64,000 nucleotides of DNA from Auanema rhodensis (taxonomy: Eukaryota > Animalia > Nematoda): contig OZ059899.1 of NCBI GenBank assembly GCA_964057225.1, forward strand, positions 21,402,505-21,466,504, written 5' to 3'. The notes beneath the pieces were generated by a model that was not told the DNA's origin, did not search any database, and was given only the letters and a program-made list of their open reading frames with translations. The translations under genes and the position numbers were made by a program. Shown piece after piece: positions 14,061 to 27,099 of this stretch. The number at the start of each line of letters is the position of its first letter. The first letter of the stretch is position 1.

Positions 14061-14080
14061 CGAATGCACTTCAAAATTAG
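14061..14080. other. Direct junction between satellite A and satellite B
   Basis: Reads CGAATGCAC-T-TCAAAATTAG. A would continue CGAATGCACT-ATACTAC and B is normally preceded by GCGGTTT. Only T14070 can belong to either side; there is no filler sequence. Confidence 0.97.
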
Positions 14081-14152
14081 ATTCCCCATGTCCATATTAG
14101 TCTAAAAACAAATTTTTATTGATATTGGTGCATGGTAACCATGACTTTGAAA

Positions 14153-14227
14153 TTTACGTGAACTTTAATTTATGCTAATTAAATGTACACGTGATGTGCA
14201 CTTGGTATGTAACTCGCTTCACGTGAA
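14153..14227. promoter_or_regulatory. E-box (CACGTG) motif cluster repeated in essentially every B monomer (first copy shown); function unproven
   Basis: TTTACGTGAA at 14153-14162, CACGTGAT at 14188-14195 and the 10-bp perfect palindrome TTCACGTGAA at 14218-14227. The motifs are directly visible; a regulatory role is inference. Confidence 0.35.
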
Positions 14228-17200
14228 AGATAAAGAGATGCGGTTTTCAAAATTAGATTCCCCATGTCCATATTAGTCTAAAAACAAATTTTTATTGATA
14301 TTGGTTCATGGTAAACATGACTTTGAAATTTACGTGAACTTTAATTTATGCTAATTAAATGTACACGTGATGTGCACTTGGTATGTAACTCGCTTCACGT
14401 GAAAGATAAAGAGATGCGGTTTTCAAAATTAGATTCCCCATGTCCATATTAGTCTAAAAACAAATTTTTATTGATATTGGTTCATGGTAAACATGACTTT
14501 GAAATTTACGTGAACTTTAATTTATGCTAATTAAATGTACACGTGATGTGCACTTGGTATGTAACTCGCTTCACGTGAAAGATAAAGAGATGCGGTTTTC
14601 AAAATTAGATTCCCCATGTCCATATTAGTCTAAAAACAAATTTTTATTGATATTGGTGCATGGTAACCATGACTTTGAAATTTACGTGAACTTTAATTTA
14701 TGCTAATTAAATGTACACGTGATGTGCACTTGGTATGTAACTCGCTTCACGTGAAAGATAAAGAGATGCGGTTTTCAAAATTAGATTCCCCATGTCCATA
14801 TTAGTCTAAAAACAAATTTTTATTGATATTGGTTCATGGTAAACATGACTTTGAAATTTACGTGAACTTTAATTTATGCTAATTAAATGTACACGTGATG
14901 TGCACTTGGTATGTAACTCGCTTCACGTGAAAGATAAAGAGATGCGGTTTTCAAAATTAGATTCCCCATGTCCATATTAGTCTAAAAACAAATTTTTATT
15001 GATATTGGTTCATGGTAACCATGACTTTGAAATTTACGTGAACTTTAATTTATGCTAATTAAATGTACACGTGATGTGCACTTGGTATGTAACTCGCTTC
15101 ACGTGAAAGATAAAGAGATGCGGTTTTCAAAATTAGATTCCCCATGTCCATATTAGTCTAAAAACAAATTTTTATTGATATTGGTGCATGGTAACCATGA
15201 CTTTGAAATTTACGTGAACTTTAATTTATGCTAATTGAATGTACACGTGATGTGCACTTGGTATGTAACTCGCTTCACGTGAAAGATAAACAGATGCGGT
15301 TTTCAAAATTAGATTCCCCATGTCCATATTAGTCTAAAAACAAATTTTTATCGATATTGGTTCATGGTAACCATGACTTTGAATTTTACGTGAACTTTAA
15401 TTTATGCTAATTAAATGTACACGTGATGTGCACTTGGTATGTAACTCGCTTCACGTGAAAGATAAAGAGATGCGGTTTTCAAAATTAGATTCCCCATGTC
15501 CATATTAGTCTAAAACCATATTTTTATTGATATTGGTTCATGGTAAACATGACTTTGAAATTTACGTGAACTTTAATTTATGCTAATTAAATGTACACGT
15601 GATGTGCACTTGGTATGTAACTCGCTTCACGTGAAAGATAAAGAGATGCGGTTTTCAAAATTAGATTCCCCATGTCCATATTAGTCTAAAAACAAATTTT
15701 TATTGATATTGGTTCTTGGTAAACATGACTTTGAAATTTACGTGAACTTTAATTTATGCTAATTAAATGTACACGTGATGTGCACTTGGTATGTAACTCG
15801 CTTCACGTGAAAGATAAAGAGATGCGGTTTCCAAAATTAGATTCCCCATGTCCATATTAGTCTAAAAACCAATTTTTATTGATATTGGTGCATGGTAACC
15901 ATGACTTTGAAATTTACGTGAACTTTAATTTATGCTAATTAAATGTACACGTGATGTGCACTTGGTATTTAACTCGCTTCACGTGAAAGATAAAGAGATG
16001 CGGTTTTCAAAATTAGATTCCCCATGTCCATATTAGTCTAAAAACAAATTTTTATTGATATTGGTTCATGGTAAATATGACTTTGAAATTTACGTGAACT
16101 TTAATTTATGCTAATTAAATGTACACGTGATGTGCACTTGGTATGTAACTCGCTTCACGTGAAAGATAAAGAGATGCGGTTTGCAAAATTAGATTCCCCA
16201 TGTCCATATTAGTCTAAAAACAAATTTTTATTGATATTGGTTCATGGTAAACATGACTTTGAAATTTACGTGAACTTTAATTTATGCTAATTAAATGTAG
16301 ACGTGATGTGCACTTGGTATGTAACTCGCTTCACGTGAAAGATAAAGAGATGCGGTTTTCAAAATTAGATTCCCCATGTCCATATTAGTCTAAAAACCAA
16401 TTTTTATTGATATTGGTGCATGGTAACCATGACTTTGAAATTTACGTGAACTTTAATTTATGCTAATTAAATGTACACGTGATGTGCACTTGCTATGTAA
16501 CTCGCTTCACGTGAAAGATAAAGAGATGCGGTTTTCAAAATTAGATTCCCCATGTCCATATTAGTCTAAAAACAAATTTTTATTGATATTGGTTCATGGT
16601 AACCATGACTTTGAAATTTACGTGAACTTTAATTTATGCTAATTAAATGTACACGTGATGTGCACTTGGTATGTAACTCGCTTCACGTGAAAGATAAAGA
16701 GATGCGGTTTTCAAAATTAGATTCCCCATGTCCATATTAGTCTAAAAACAAATTTTTATTGATATTGGTTCATGGTAACCATGACTTTGAAATTTACGTG
16801 AACTTTAATTTATGCTAATTAAATGTACACGTGATGTGCACTTGGTATGTAACTCGCTTCACGTGAAAGATAAAGAGATGCGGTTTTCAAAATTAGATTC
16901 CCCATGTCCATATTAGTCTAAAAACCAATTTTTATTGATATTGGTGCATGGTAACCATGACTTTGAAATTTACGTGAACTTTAATTTATGCTAATTAAAT
17001 GTACACGTGATGTGCACTTGGTATGTAACTCGCTTCACGTGAAAGATAAAGAGATGCGGTTTTCAAAATTAGATTCCCCATGTCCATATTAGTCTAAAAA
17101 CAAATTTTTATTGATATTGGTTCATGGTAAATATGACTTTGAAATTTACGTGAACTTTAATTTATGCTAATTAAATGTACACGTGATGTGCACTTGGTAT

Positions 17201-20200
17201 GTAACTCGCTTCACGTGAAAGATAAAGAGATGCGGTTTTCAAAATTAGATTCCCCATGTCCATATTAGTCTAAAAACCAATTTTTATTGATATTGGTTCA
17301 TGGTAACCATGACTTTGAAATTTACGTGAACTTTAATTTATGCTAATTAAATGTACACGTGATGTGCACTTGGTATGTAACTCGCTTCACGTGAAAGATA
17401 AAGAGATGCGGTTTTCAAAATTAGATTCCCCATGTCCATATTAGTCTAAAAACAAATTTTTATTGATATTGGTTCATGGTAACCATGACTTTGAAATTTA
17501 CGTGAACTTTAATTTATGTTAATTAAATGTACACGTGATGTGCACTTGGTATGTAACTCGCTTCACGTGAAAGATAAAGAGATGCGGTTTTTAAAATTAG
17601 ATTCCCCATGTCCATATTAGTCTAAAAACCAATTTTTATTGATATTGGTGCATGGTAACCATGACTTTGAAATTTACGTGAACTTTAATTTATGCTAATT
17701 AAATGTACACGTGATGTGCACTTGGTATGTAACTCGCTTCACGTGAAAGATAAAGAGATGCGGTTTTCACAATTAGATTCCCCATGTCCATATTAGTCTA
17801 AAAACAAATTTTTATTGATATTGGTTCATGGTAACCATGACTTTGAAATTTACGTGAACTTTAATTTATGCTAATTAAATGTACACGTGATGTGCACTTG
17901 GTATGTAACTCGCTTCACGTGAAAGATAAAGAGATGCGGTTTTCAAAATTAGATTCCCCATGTCCATATTAGTCTAAAAACCAATTTTTATTGATATTGG
18001 TTCATGGTAACCATGACTTTGAAATTTACGTGAACTTTAATTTATGCTAATTAAATGTACACGTGATGTGCACTTGGTATGTAACTCGCTTCACGTGAAA
18101 GATAAAGAGATGCGGTTTTCAAAATTAGATTCCCCATGTCCATATTAGTCTAAAAACCAATTTTTATTGATATTGGTGCATGGTAACCATGACTTTGAAA
18201 TTTACGTGAACTTTAATTTATGCTAATTAAATGTACACGTGATGTGCACTTGGTATGTAACTCGCTTCACGTGAAAGATAAAGAGATGCGGTTTTCAAAA
18301 TTAGATTCCCCATGTCCATATTAGTCTAAAAACAAATTTTTATTGATATTGGTTCATGGTAACCATGACTTTGAAATTTACGTGAACTTTAATTTATGTT
18401 AATTAAATGTACACGTGATGTGCACTTGGTATGTAACTCGCTTCACGTGAAAGATAAAGAGATGCGGTTATTAAAATTAGATTCCCCATGTCCATATTAG
18501 TCTAAAAACCAATTTTTATTGATATTGGTGCATGGTAACCATGACTTTGAAATTTACGTGAACTTTAATTTATGCTAATTAAATGTACACGTGATGTGCA
18601 CTTGGTATGTAACTCGCTTCACGTGAAAGATAAAGAGATGCGGTTTTCAAAATTAGATTCCCCATGTCCATATTAGTCTAAAAACAAATTTTTATTGATA
18701 TTGGTTCATGGTAACCATGACTTTGAAATTTACGTGAACTTTAATTTATGTTAATTAAATGTACACGTGATGTGCACTTGGTATGTAACTCGCTTCACGT
18801 GAAAGATAAAGAGATGCGGTTTTTAAAATTAGATTCCCCATGTCCATATTAGTCTAAAAACCAATTTTTATTGATATTGGTGCATGGTAACCATGACTTT
18901 GAAATTTACGTGAACTTTAATTTATGCTAATTAAATGTACACGTGATGTGCACTTGGTATGTAACTCGCTTCACGTGAAAGATAAAGAGATGCGGTTTTC
19001 ACAATTAGATTCCCCATGTCCATATTAGTCTAAAAACAAATTTTTATTGATATTGGTTCATGGTAACCATGACTTTGAAATTTACGTGAACTTTAATTTA
19101 TGCTAATTAAATGTACACGTGATGTGCACTTGGTATGTAACTCGCTTCACGTGAAAGATAAAGAGATGCGGTTTTCAAAATTAGATTCCCCATGTCCATA
19201 TTAGTCTAAAAACCAATTTTTATTGATATTGGTGCATGGTAACCATGACTTTGAAATTTACGTGAACTTTAATTTATGCTAATTAAATGTACACGTGATG
19301 TGCACTTGGTATGTAACTCGCTTCACGTGAAAGATAAAGAGATGCGGTTTTCAAAATTAGATTCCCCATGTCCATATTAGTCTAAAAACAAATTTTTATT
19401 GATATTGGTTCATGGTAACCATGACTTTGAAATTTACGTGAACTTTAATTTATGCTAATTAAATGTACACGTGATGTGCACTTGGTATGTAACTCGCTTC
19501 ACGTGAAAGATAAAGAGATGCGGTTTTCAAAATTAGATTCCCCATGTCCATATTAGTCTAAAAACAAATTTTTATTGATATTGGTTCATGGTAAACATGA
19601 CTTTGAAATTTACGTGAACTTTAATTTATGCTAATTAAATGTACACGTGATGTGCACTTGGTATGTAACTCGCTTCACGTGAAAGATAAAGAGATGCGGT
19701 TTTCAAAATTAGATTCCCCATGTCCATATTAGTCTAAAAACCAATTTTTATTGATATTGGTGCATGGTAACCATGATTTTGAAATTTACGTGAACTTTAA
19801 TTTATGCTAATTAAATGTACACGTGATGTGCACTTGGTATGTAACTCGCTTCACGTGAAAGATAAAGAGATGCGGTTTTCAAAATTAGATTCCCCATGTC
19901 CATATTAGTCTAAAAACCAATTTTTATTGATATTGGTGCATGGTAACCATGACTTTGAAATTTACGTAAACTTTAATTTATGCTAATTAAATGTACACGT
20001 GATGTGCACTTAGTATGTAACTCGCTTCACGTGAAAGATAAAAAGATGCGGTTTTCAAAATTAGATTCCCCATGTCCATATTAGTCTAAAAACAAATTTT
20101 TATTGATATTGGTTCATGGTAACCATGACTTTGAAATTTACGTGAACTTTAATTTATGCTAATTAAATGTACACGTGATGTGCACTTGGTATGTAACTCG

Positions 20201-21999
20201 CTTCACGTGAAAGATAAAGAGATGCGGTTTTCAAAATTAGATTCCCCATGTCCATATTAGTCTAAAAACAAATTTTTATTGATATTGGTTCATGGTAAAT
20301 ATGACTTTGAAATTTACGTGAACTTTAATTTATGCTAATTAAATGTACACGTGATGTGCACTTGGTATGTAACTCGCTTCACGTGAAAGATAAAGAGATG
20401 CGGTTTTCAAAATTAGATTCCCCATGTCCATATTAGTCTAAAAACCAATTTTTATTGATATTGGTGCATGGTAACCATGACTTTGAATTTTACGTGAACT
20501 TTAATTTATGCTAATTAAATGTACACGTGATGTGCACTTGGTATGTAACTCGCTTCACGTGAAAGATAAAGAGATGCGGTTTTCAAAATTAGATTCCCCA
20601 TGTCCATATTAGTCTAAAAACATATTTTTATTGATATTGGTTCATGGTAACCATGACTTTGAAATTTACGTGAACTTTAATTTATGCTAATTAAATGTAC
20701 ACGTGATGTGCACTTGGTATGTAACTCGCTTCACGTGAAAGATAAAGAGATGCGGTTTTCAAAATTAGATTCCCCATGTCCATATTAGTCTAAAAACAAA
20801 TTTTTATTGATATTGGTTCATGGTAACCATGACTTTGAAATTTACGTGAACTTTAATTTATGCTAATTAAATGTACACGTGATGTGCACTTGGTATGTAA
20901 CTCGCTTCACGTGAAAGATAAAGAGATGCGGTTTTCAAAATTAGATTCCCCATGTCCATATTAGTCTAAAACCCAATTTTTATTGATATTGGTTCATGGT
21001 AAACATGACTTTGAAATTTACGTGAACTTTAATTTATGCTAATTAAATGTACACGTGATGTGCACTTGGTATGTAACTCGCTTCACGTGAAAGATAAAGA
21101 GATGCGGTTTTCAAAATTAGATTCCCCATGTCCATATTAGTCTAAAAACAAATTTTTATTGATATTGGTTCATGGTAACCATGACTTTGAAATTTACGTG
21201 AACTTTAATTTATGCTAATTAAATGTACACGTGATGTGCACTTGGTATGTAACTCGCTTCACGTGAAAGATAAAGAGATGCGGTTTTCAAAATTAGATTC
21301 CCCATGTCCATATTAGTCTAAAAACCAATTTTTATTGATATTGGTGCATGGTAACCATGACTTTGAAATTTACGTGAACTTTAATTTATGCTAATTAAAT
21401 GTACACGTGATGTGCACTTGGTATGTAACTCGCTTCACGTGAAAGATAAAGAGATGCGGTTTTCAAAATTAGATTCCCCATGTCCATATTAGTCTAAAAA
21501 CATATTTTTATTGATATTGGTGCATGGTAACCATGACTTTGAAATTTACGTGAACTTTAATTTATGCTAATTAAATGTACACGTGATGTGCACTTGGTAT
21601 GTAACTCGCTTCACGTGAAAGATAAAGAGATGCGGTTTTCAAAATTAGATTCCCCATGTCCATATTAGTCTAAAAACAAATTTTTATTGATATTGGTTCA
21701 TGGTAACCATGACTTTGAAATTTACGTGAACTTTAATTTATGCTAATTAAATGTACACGTGATGTGCACTTGGTATGTAACTCGCTTCACGTGAAAGATA
21801 AAGAGATGCGGTTTTCAAAATTAGATTCCCCATGTCCATATTAGTCTAAAAACCAATTTTTATTGATATTGGTGCATGGTAACCATGACTTTGAAATTTA
21901 CGTGAACTTTAATTTATGCTAATTAAATGTACACGTGATGTGCACTTGGTATGTAACTCGCTTCACGTGAAAGATAAAGAGATGCGGTTTTCAAAATTA

Positions 22000-24900
22000 G
22001 ATTCCCCATGTCCATATTAGTCTAAAAACATATTTTTATTGATATTGGTTCATGGTAACCATGACTTTGAAATTTACGTGAACTTTAATTTATGCTAATT
22101 AAATGTACACGTGATGTGCACTTGGTATGTAACTCGCTTCACGTGAAAGATAAAGAGATGCGGTTTTCAAAATTAGATTCCCCATGTCCATATTAGTCTA
22201 AAACCCAATTTTTATTGATATTGGTTCATGGTAAACATGACTTTGAAATTTACGTGAACTTTAATTTATGCTAATTAAATGTACACGTGATGTGCACTTG
22301 GTATGTAACTCGCTTCACGTGAAAGATAAAGAGATGCGGTTTTCAAAATTAGATTCCCCATGTCCATATTAGTCTAAAAACCAATTTTTATTGATATTGG
22401 TTCATGGTAACCATGACTTTGAAATTTACGTGAACTTTAATTTATGCTAATTAAATGTACACGTGATGTGCACTTGGTATGTAACTCGCTTCACGTGAAA
22501 GATAAAGAGATGCGGTTTTCAAAATTAGATTCCCCATGTCCATATTAGTCTAAAAACAAATTTTTATTGATATTGGTTCATGGTAAACATGACTTTGAAA
22601 TTTACGTGAACTTTAATTTATGCTAATTAAATGTACACGTGATGTGCACTTGGTATGTATCTCGCTTCACGTGAAAGATAAAGAGATGCGGTTTTCAAAA
22701 TTAGATTCCCCATGTCCATATTAGTCTAAAAACAAATTTTTATTGATATTGGTTCATGGTAACCATGACTTTGAAATTTACGTGAACTTTAATTTATGCT
22801 AATTAAATGTACACGTGATGTGCACTTGGTATGTAACTCGCTTCACGTGAAAGATAAAGAGATGCGGTTTTCAAAATTAGATTCCCCATGTCCATATTAG
22901 TCTAAAAACAAATTTTTATTGATATTGGTTCATGGTAAACATGACTTTGAAATTTACGTGAACTTTAATTTATGCTAATTAAATGTACACGTGATGTGCA
23001 CTTGGTATGTAACTCGCTTCACGTGAAAGATAAAGAGATGCGGTTTTCAAAATTAGATTCCCCATGTCCATATTAGTCTAAAAACCAATTTTTATTGATA
23101 TTGGTGCATGGTAACCATGATTTTGAAATTTACGTGAACTTTAATTTATGCTAATTAAATGTACACGTGGTGTGCACTTGGTATGTAACTCGCTTCACGT
23201 GAAAGATAAAGAGATGCGGTTTTCAAAATTAGATTCCCCATGTCCATATTAGTCTAAAAACAAATTTTTATTGATATTGGTTCATGGTAAACATGACTTT
23301 GAAATTTACGTGAACTTTAATTTATGCTAATTAAATGTACACGTGATGTGCACTTGGTATGTAACTCGCTTCACGTGAAAGATAAAGAGATGCGGTTTTC
23401 AAAATTAGATTCCCCATGTCCATATTAGTCTAAAAACAAATTTTTATTGATATTGGTTCATGGTAAACATGACTTTGAAATTTACGTGAACTTTAATTTA
23501 TGCTAATTAAATGTACACGTGATGTGCACTTGGTATGTATCTCGCTTCACGTGAAAGATAAAGAGATGCGGTTTTCAAAATTAGATTCCCCATGTCCATA
23601 TTAGTCTAAAAACAAATTTTTATTGATATTGGTTCATGGTAACCATGACTTTGAAATTTACGTGAACTTTAATTTATGCTAATTAAATGTACACGTGATG
23701 TGCACTTGGTATGTAACTCGCTTCACGTGAAAGATAAAGAGATGCGGTTTTCAAAATTAGATTCCCCATGTCCATATTAGTCTAAAAACAAATTTTTATT
23801 GATATTGGTTCATGGTAACCATGACTTTGAAATTTACGTGAACTTTAATTTATGCTAATTAAATGTACACGTGATGTGCACTTGGTATGTAACTCGCTTC
23901 ACGTGAAAGATAAAGAGATGCGGTTTTCAAAATTAGATTCCCCATGTCCATATTAGTCTAAAAACATATTTTTATTGATATTGGTTCATGGTAACCATGA
24001 CTTTGAAATTTACGTGAACTTTAATTTATGCTAATTAAATGTACACGTGATGTGCACTTGGTATGTAACTCGCTTCACGTGAAAGATAAAGAGATGCGGT
24101 TTTCAAAATTAGATTCCCCATGTCCATATTAGTCTAAAACCCAATTTTTATTGATATTGGTTCATGGTAAACATGACTTTGAAATTTACGTGAACTTTAA
24201 TTTATGCTAATTAAATGTACACGTGATGTGCACTTGGTATGTAACTCGCTTCACGTGAAAGATAAAGAGATGCGGTTTTCAAAATTAGATTCCCCATGTC
24301 CATATTAGTCTAAAAACCAATTTTTATTGATATTGGTTCATGGTAACCATGACTTTGAAATTTACGTGAACTTTAATTTATGCTAATTAAATGTACACGT
24401 GATGTGCACTTGGTATGTAACTCGCTTCACGTGAAAGATAAAGAGATGCGGTTTTCAAAATTAGATTCCCCATGTCCATATTAGTCTAAAAACAAATTTT
24501 TATTGATATTGGTTCATGGTAAACATGACTTTGAAATTTACGTGAACTTTAATTTATGCTAATTAAATGTACACGTGATGTGCACTTGGTATGTATCTCG
24601 CTTCACGTGAAAGATAAAGAGATGCGGTTTTCAAAATTAGATTCCCCATGTCCATATTAGTCTAAAAACAAATTTTTATTGATATTGGTTCATGGTAACC
24701 ATGACTTTGAAATTTACGTGAACTTTAATTTATGCTAATTAAATGTACACGTGATGTGCACTTGGTATGTAACTCGCTTCACGTGAAAGATAAAGAGATG
24801 CGGTTTTCAAAATTAGATTCCCCATGTCCATATTAGTCTAAAAACAAATTTTTATTGATATTGGTTCATGGTAAACATGACTTTGAAATTTACGTGAACT

Positions 24901-25050
24901 TTAATTTATGCTAATTAAATGTACACGTGATGTGCACTTGGTATGTAACTCGCTTCACGTGAAAGATAAAGAGATGCGGTTTTCAAAATTAGATTCCCCA
25001 TGTCCATATTAGTCTAAAAACCAATTTTTATTGATATTGGTGCATGGTAA
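22000..25050. repeat. Duplicated block with 11-monomer (1936-bp) offset within satellite B (ends approximate)
   Basis: Three rare SNPs repeat at exactly +1936: CATATT 22031/23967, AAAACCC 22204/24140, GTATCT 22660/24596. Confidence 0.85.
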
Positions 25051-27099
25051 CCATGACTTTGAAATTTACGTGAACTTTAATTTATGCTAATTAAATGTAC
25101 ACGTGATGGGCACTTGGTATGTAACTCGCTTCACGTGAAAGATAAAGAGATGCGGTTTTCAAAATTAGATTTCCCTTGTCCATATTAGTCTAAAAACCAA
25201 TTTTTATTGATATTGGTTCATGGTAACCATGACTTTGAAATTTACGTGAACTTTAATTTATGCTAATTAAATGTACACGTGATGTGCACTTGGTATGTAA
25301 CTCGCTTCACGTGAAAGATAAAGAGATGCGGTTTTCAAAATTAGATTCCCCATGTCCATATTAGTCTAAAAACAAATTTTTATTGATATTGGTTCATGGT
25401 AACCATGACTTTGAAATTTACGTGAACTTTAATTTATGCTAATTAAATGTACACGTGATGTGCACTTGGTATGTAACTCGCTTCACGTGAAAGATAAAGA
25501 GATGCGGTTTTCAAAATTAGATTCCCCATGTCCATATTAGTCTAAAAACCAATTTTTATTGATGTTGGTGCATGGTAACCATGACTTTGAAATTTACGTG
25601 AACTTTAATTTATGCTAATTAAATGTACACGTGATGTGCACTTGGTATGTAACTCGCTTCACGTGAAAGATAAAGAGATGCGGTTTTCAAAATTAGATTC
25701 CCCATGTCCATATTAGTCTAAAAACATATTTTTATTGATATTGGTTCATGGTAACCATGACTTTGAAATTTACGTGAACTTTAATTTATGCTAATTAAAT
25801 GTACACGTGATGTGCACTTGGTATGTAACTCGCTTCACGTGGAAGATAAAGAGATGCGGTTTTCAAAATTAGATTCCCCATGTCCATATTAGTCTAAAAA
25901 CCAATTTTTATTGATATTGGTTCATGGTAACCATGACTTTGAAATTTACGTGAACTTTAATTTATGCTAATTAAATGTACACGTGATGTGCACTTGGTAT
26001 GTAACTCGCTTCACGTGAAAGATAAAGAGATGCGGTTTTCAAAATTAGATTCCCCATGTCCATATTAGTCTAAAAACAAATTTTTATTGATATTGGTTCA
26101 TGGTAAACATGACTTTGAATATTACGTGAACTTTAATTTATGCTAATTAAATGTACACGTGATGTGCACTTGGTATGTAACTCGCTTCACGTGAAAGATA
26201 AAGAGATGCGGTTTTCAAAATTAGATTCCCCATGTCCATATTAGTCTAAAAACCAATTTTTATTGATATTGGTTCATGGTAACCATGACTTTGAAATTTA
26301 CGTGAACTTTAATTTATGCTAATTAAATGTACACGTGATGTGCACTTGGTATGTAACTCGCTTCACGTGAAAGATAAAGAGATGCGGTTTTCAAAATTAG
26401 ATTCCCCATGTCCATATTAGTCTAAAAACAAATTTTTATTGATATTGGTTCATGGTAAACATGACTTTGAAATTTACGTGAACTTTAATTTATGCTAATT
26501 AAATGTACACGTGATGTGCACTTGGTATGTAACTCGCTTCACGTGAAAGATAAAGAGATGCGGTTTTCAAAATTAGATTCCCCATGTCCATATTAGTCTA
26601 AAAACCAATTTTTATTGATATTGGTTCATGGTAAACATGACTTTGAAATTTACGTGAACTTTAATTTATGCTAATTAAATGTACACGTGATGTGCACTTG
26701 GTATGTAACTCGCTTCACGTGAAAGATAAAGAGATGCGGTTTTCAAAATTAGATTCCCCATGTCCATATTAGTCTAAAAACCAATTTTTATTGATATTGG
26801 TTCATGGTAACCATGACTTTGAAATTTACGTGAACTTTAATTTATGCTAATTAAATGTACACGTGATGTGCACTTGGTATGTAACTCGCTTCACGTGAAA
26901 GATAAAGAGATGCGGTTTTCAAAATTAGATTCCCCATGTCCATATTAGTCTAAAAACAAATTTTTATTGATATTGGTTCATGGTAAACATGACTTTGAAA
27001 TTTACGTGAACTTTAATTTATGCTAATTAAATGTACACGTGATGTGCACTTGGTATGTAACTCGCTTCACGTGAAAGATAAAGAGATGCGGTTTTCAAA

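Larger units (their letters stand above)
1..14070. repeat. Satellite A: tandem array of a 351-bp AT-rich monomer, 40 full copies plus a 26-bp partial copy; runs off the left edge
   Basis: GCTTAAAAATCC recurs at 1, 352, 703, 1054, 1406, 1757 ... 13694, 14045. Copies differ at only about 9 recurrent sites plus rare private changes. First monomer is 107/351 G+C by hand count. All six frames have stops within one monomer. Confidence 0.99.

Noticed and set aside
1-14070. Repeat-protein CDS, since 351 is divisible by 3
   Set aside because: All six frames contain stops within the first 70 bp of the monomer, and the 350- and 352-bp variants shift frame.
13997-14075. Helitron 3' end or transposon insertion at the junction
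   Set aside because: No CTRR terminus after the hairpin, the hairpin is long and AT-rich, and no TSD or TIR is visible; the other array ends lie outside the window.
14188-14195. Yeast point centromere (CDEI match ATCACGTG)
   Set aside because: No CDEII of over 90% AT or CDEIII is associated, and point centromeres are single-copy rather than tandem arrays.
14071-14246. Assignment to known 171-180-bp satellites (primate alpha satellite, Arabidopsis CEN178, Brassica CentBr, honeybee AluI repeat)
   Set aside because: Only the length is similar. I recognise no diagnostic sequence, and B has no AGCT/AAGCTT site. A database search is needed.
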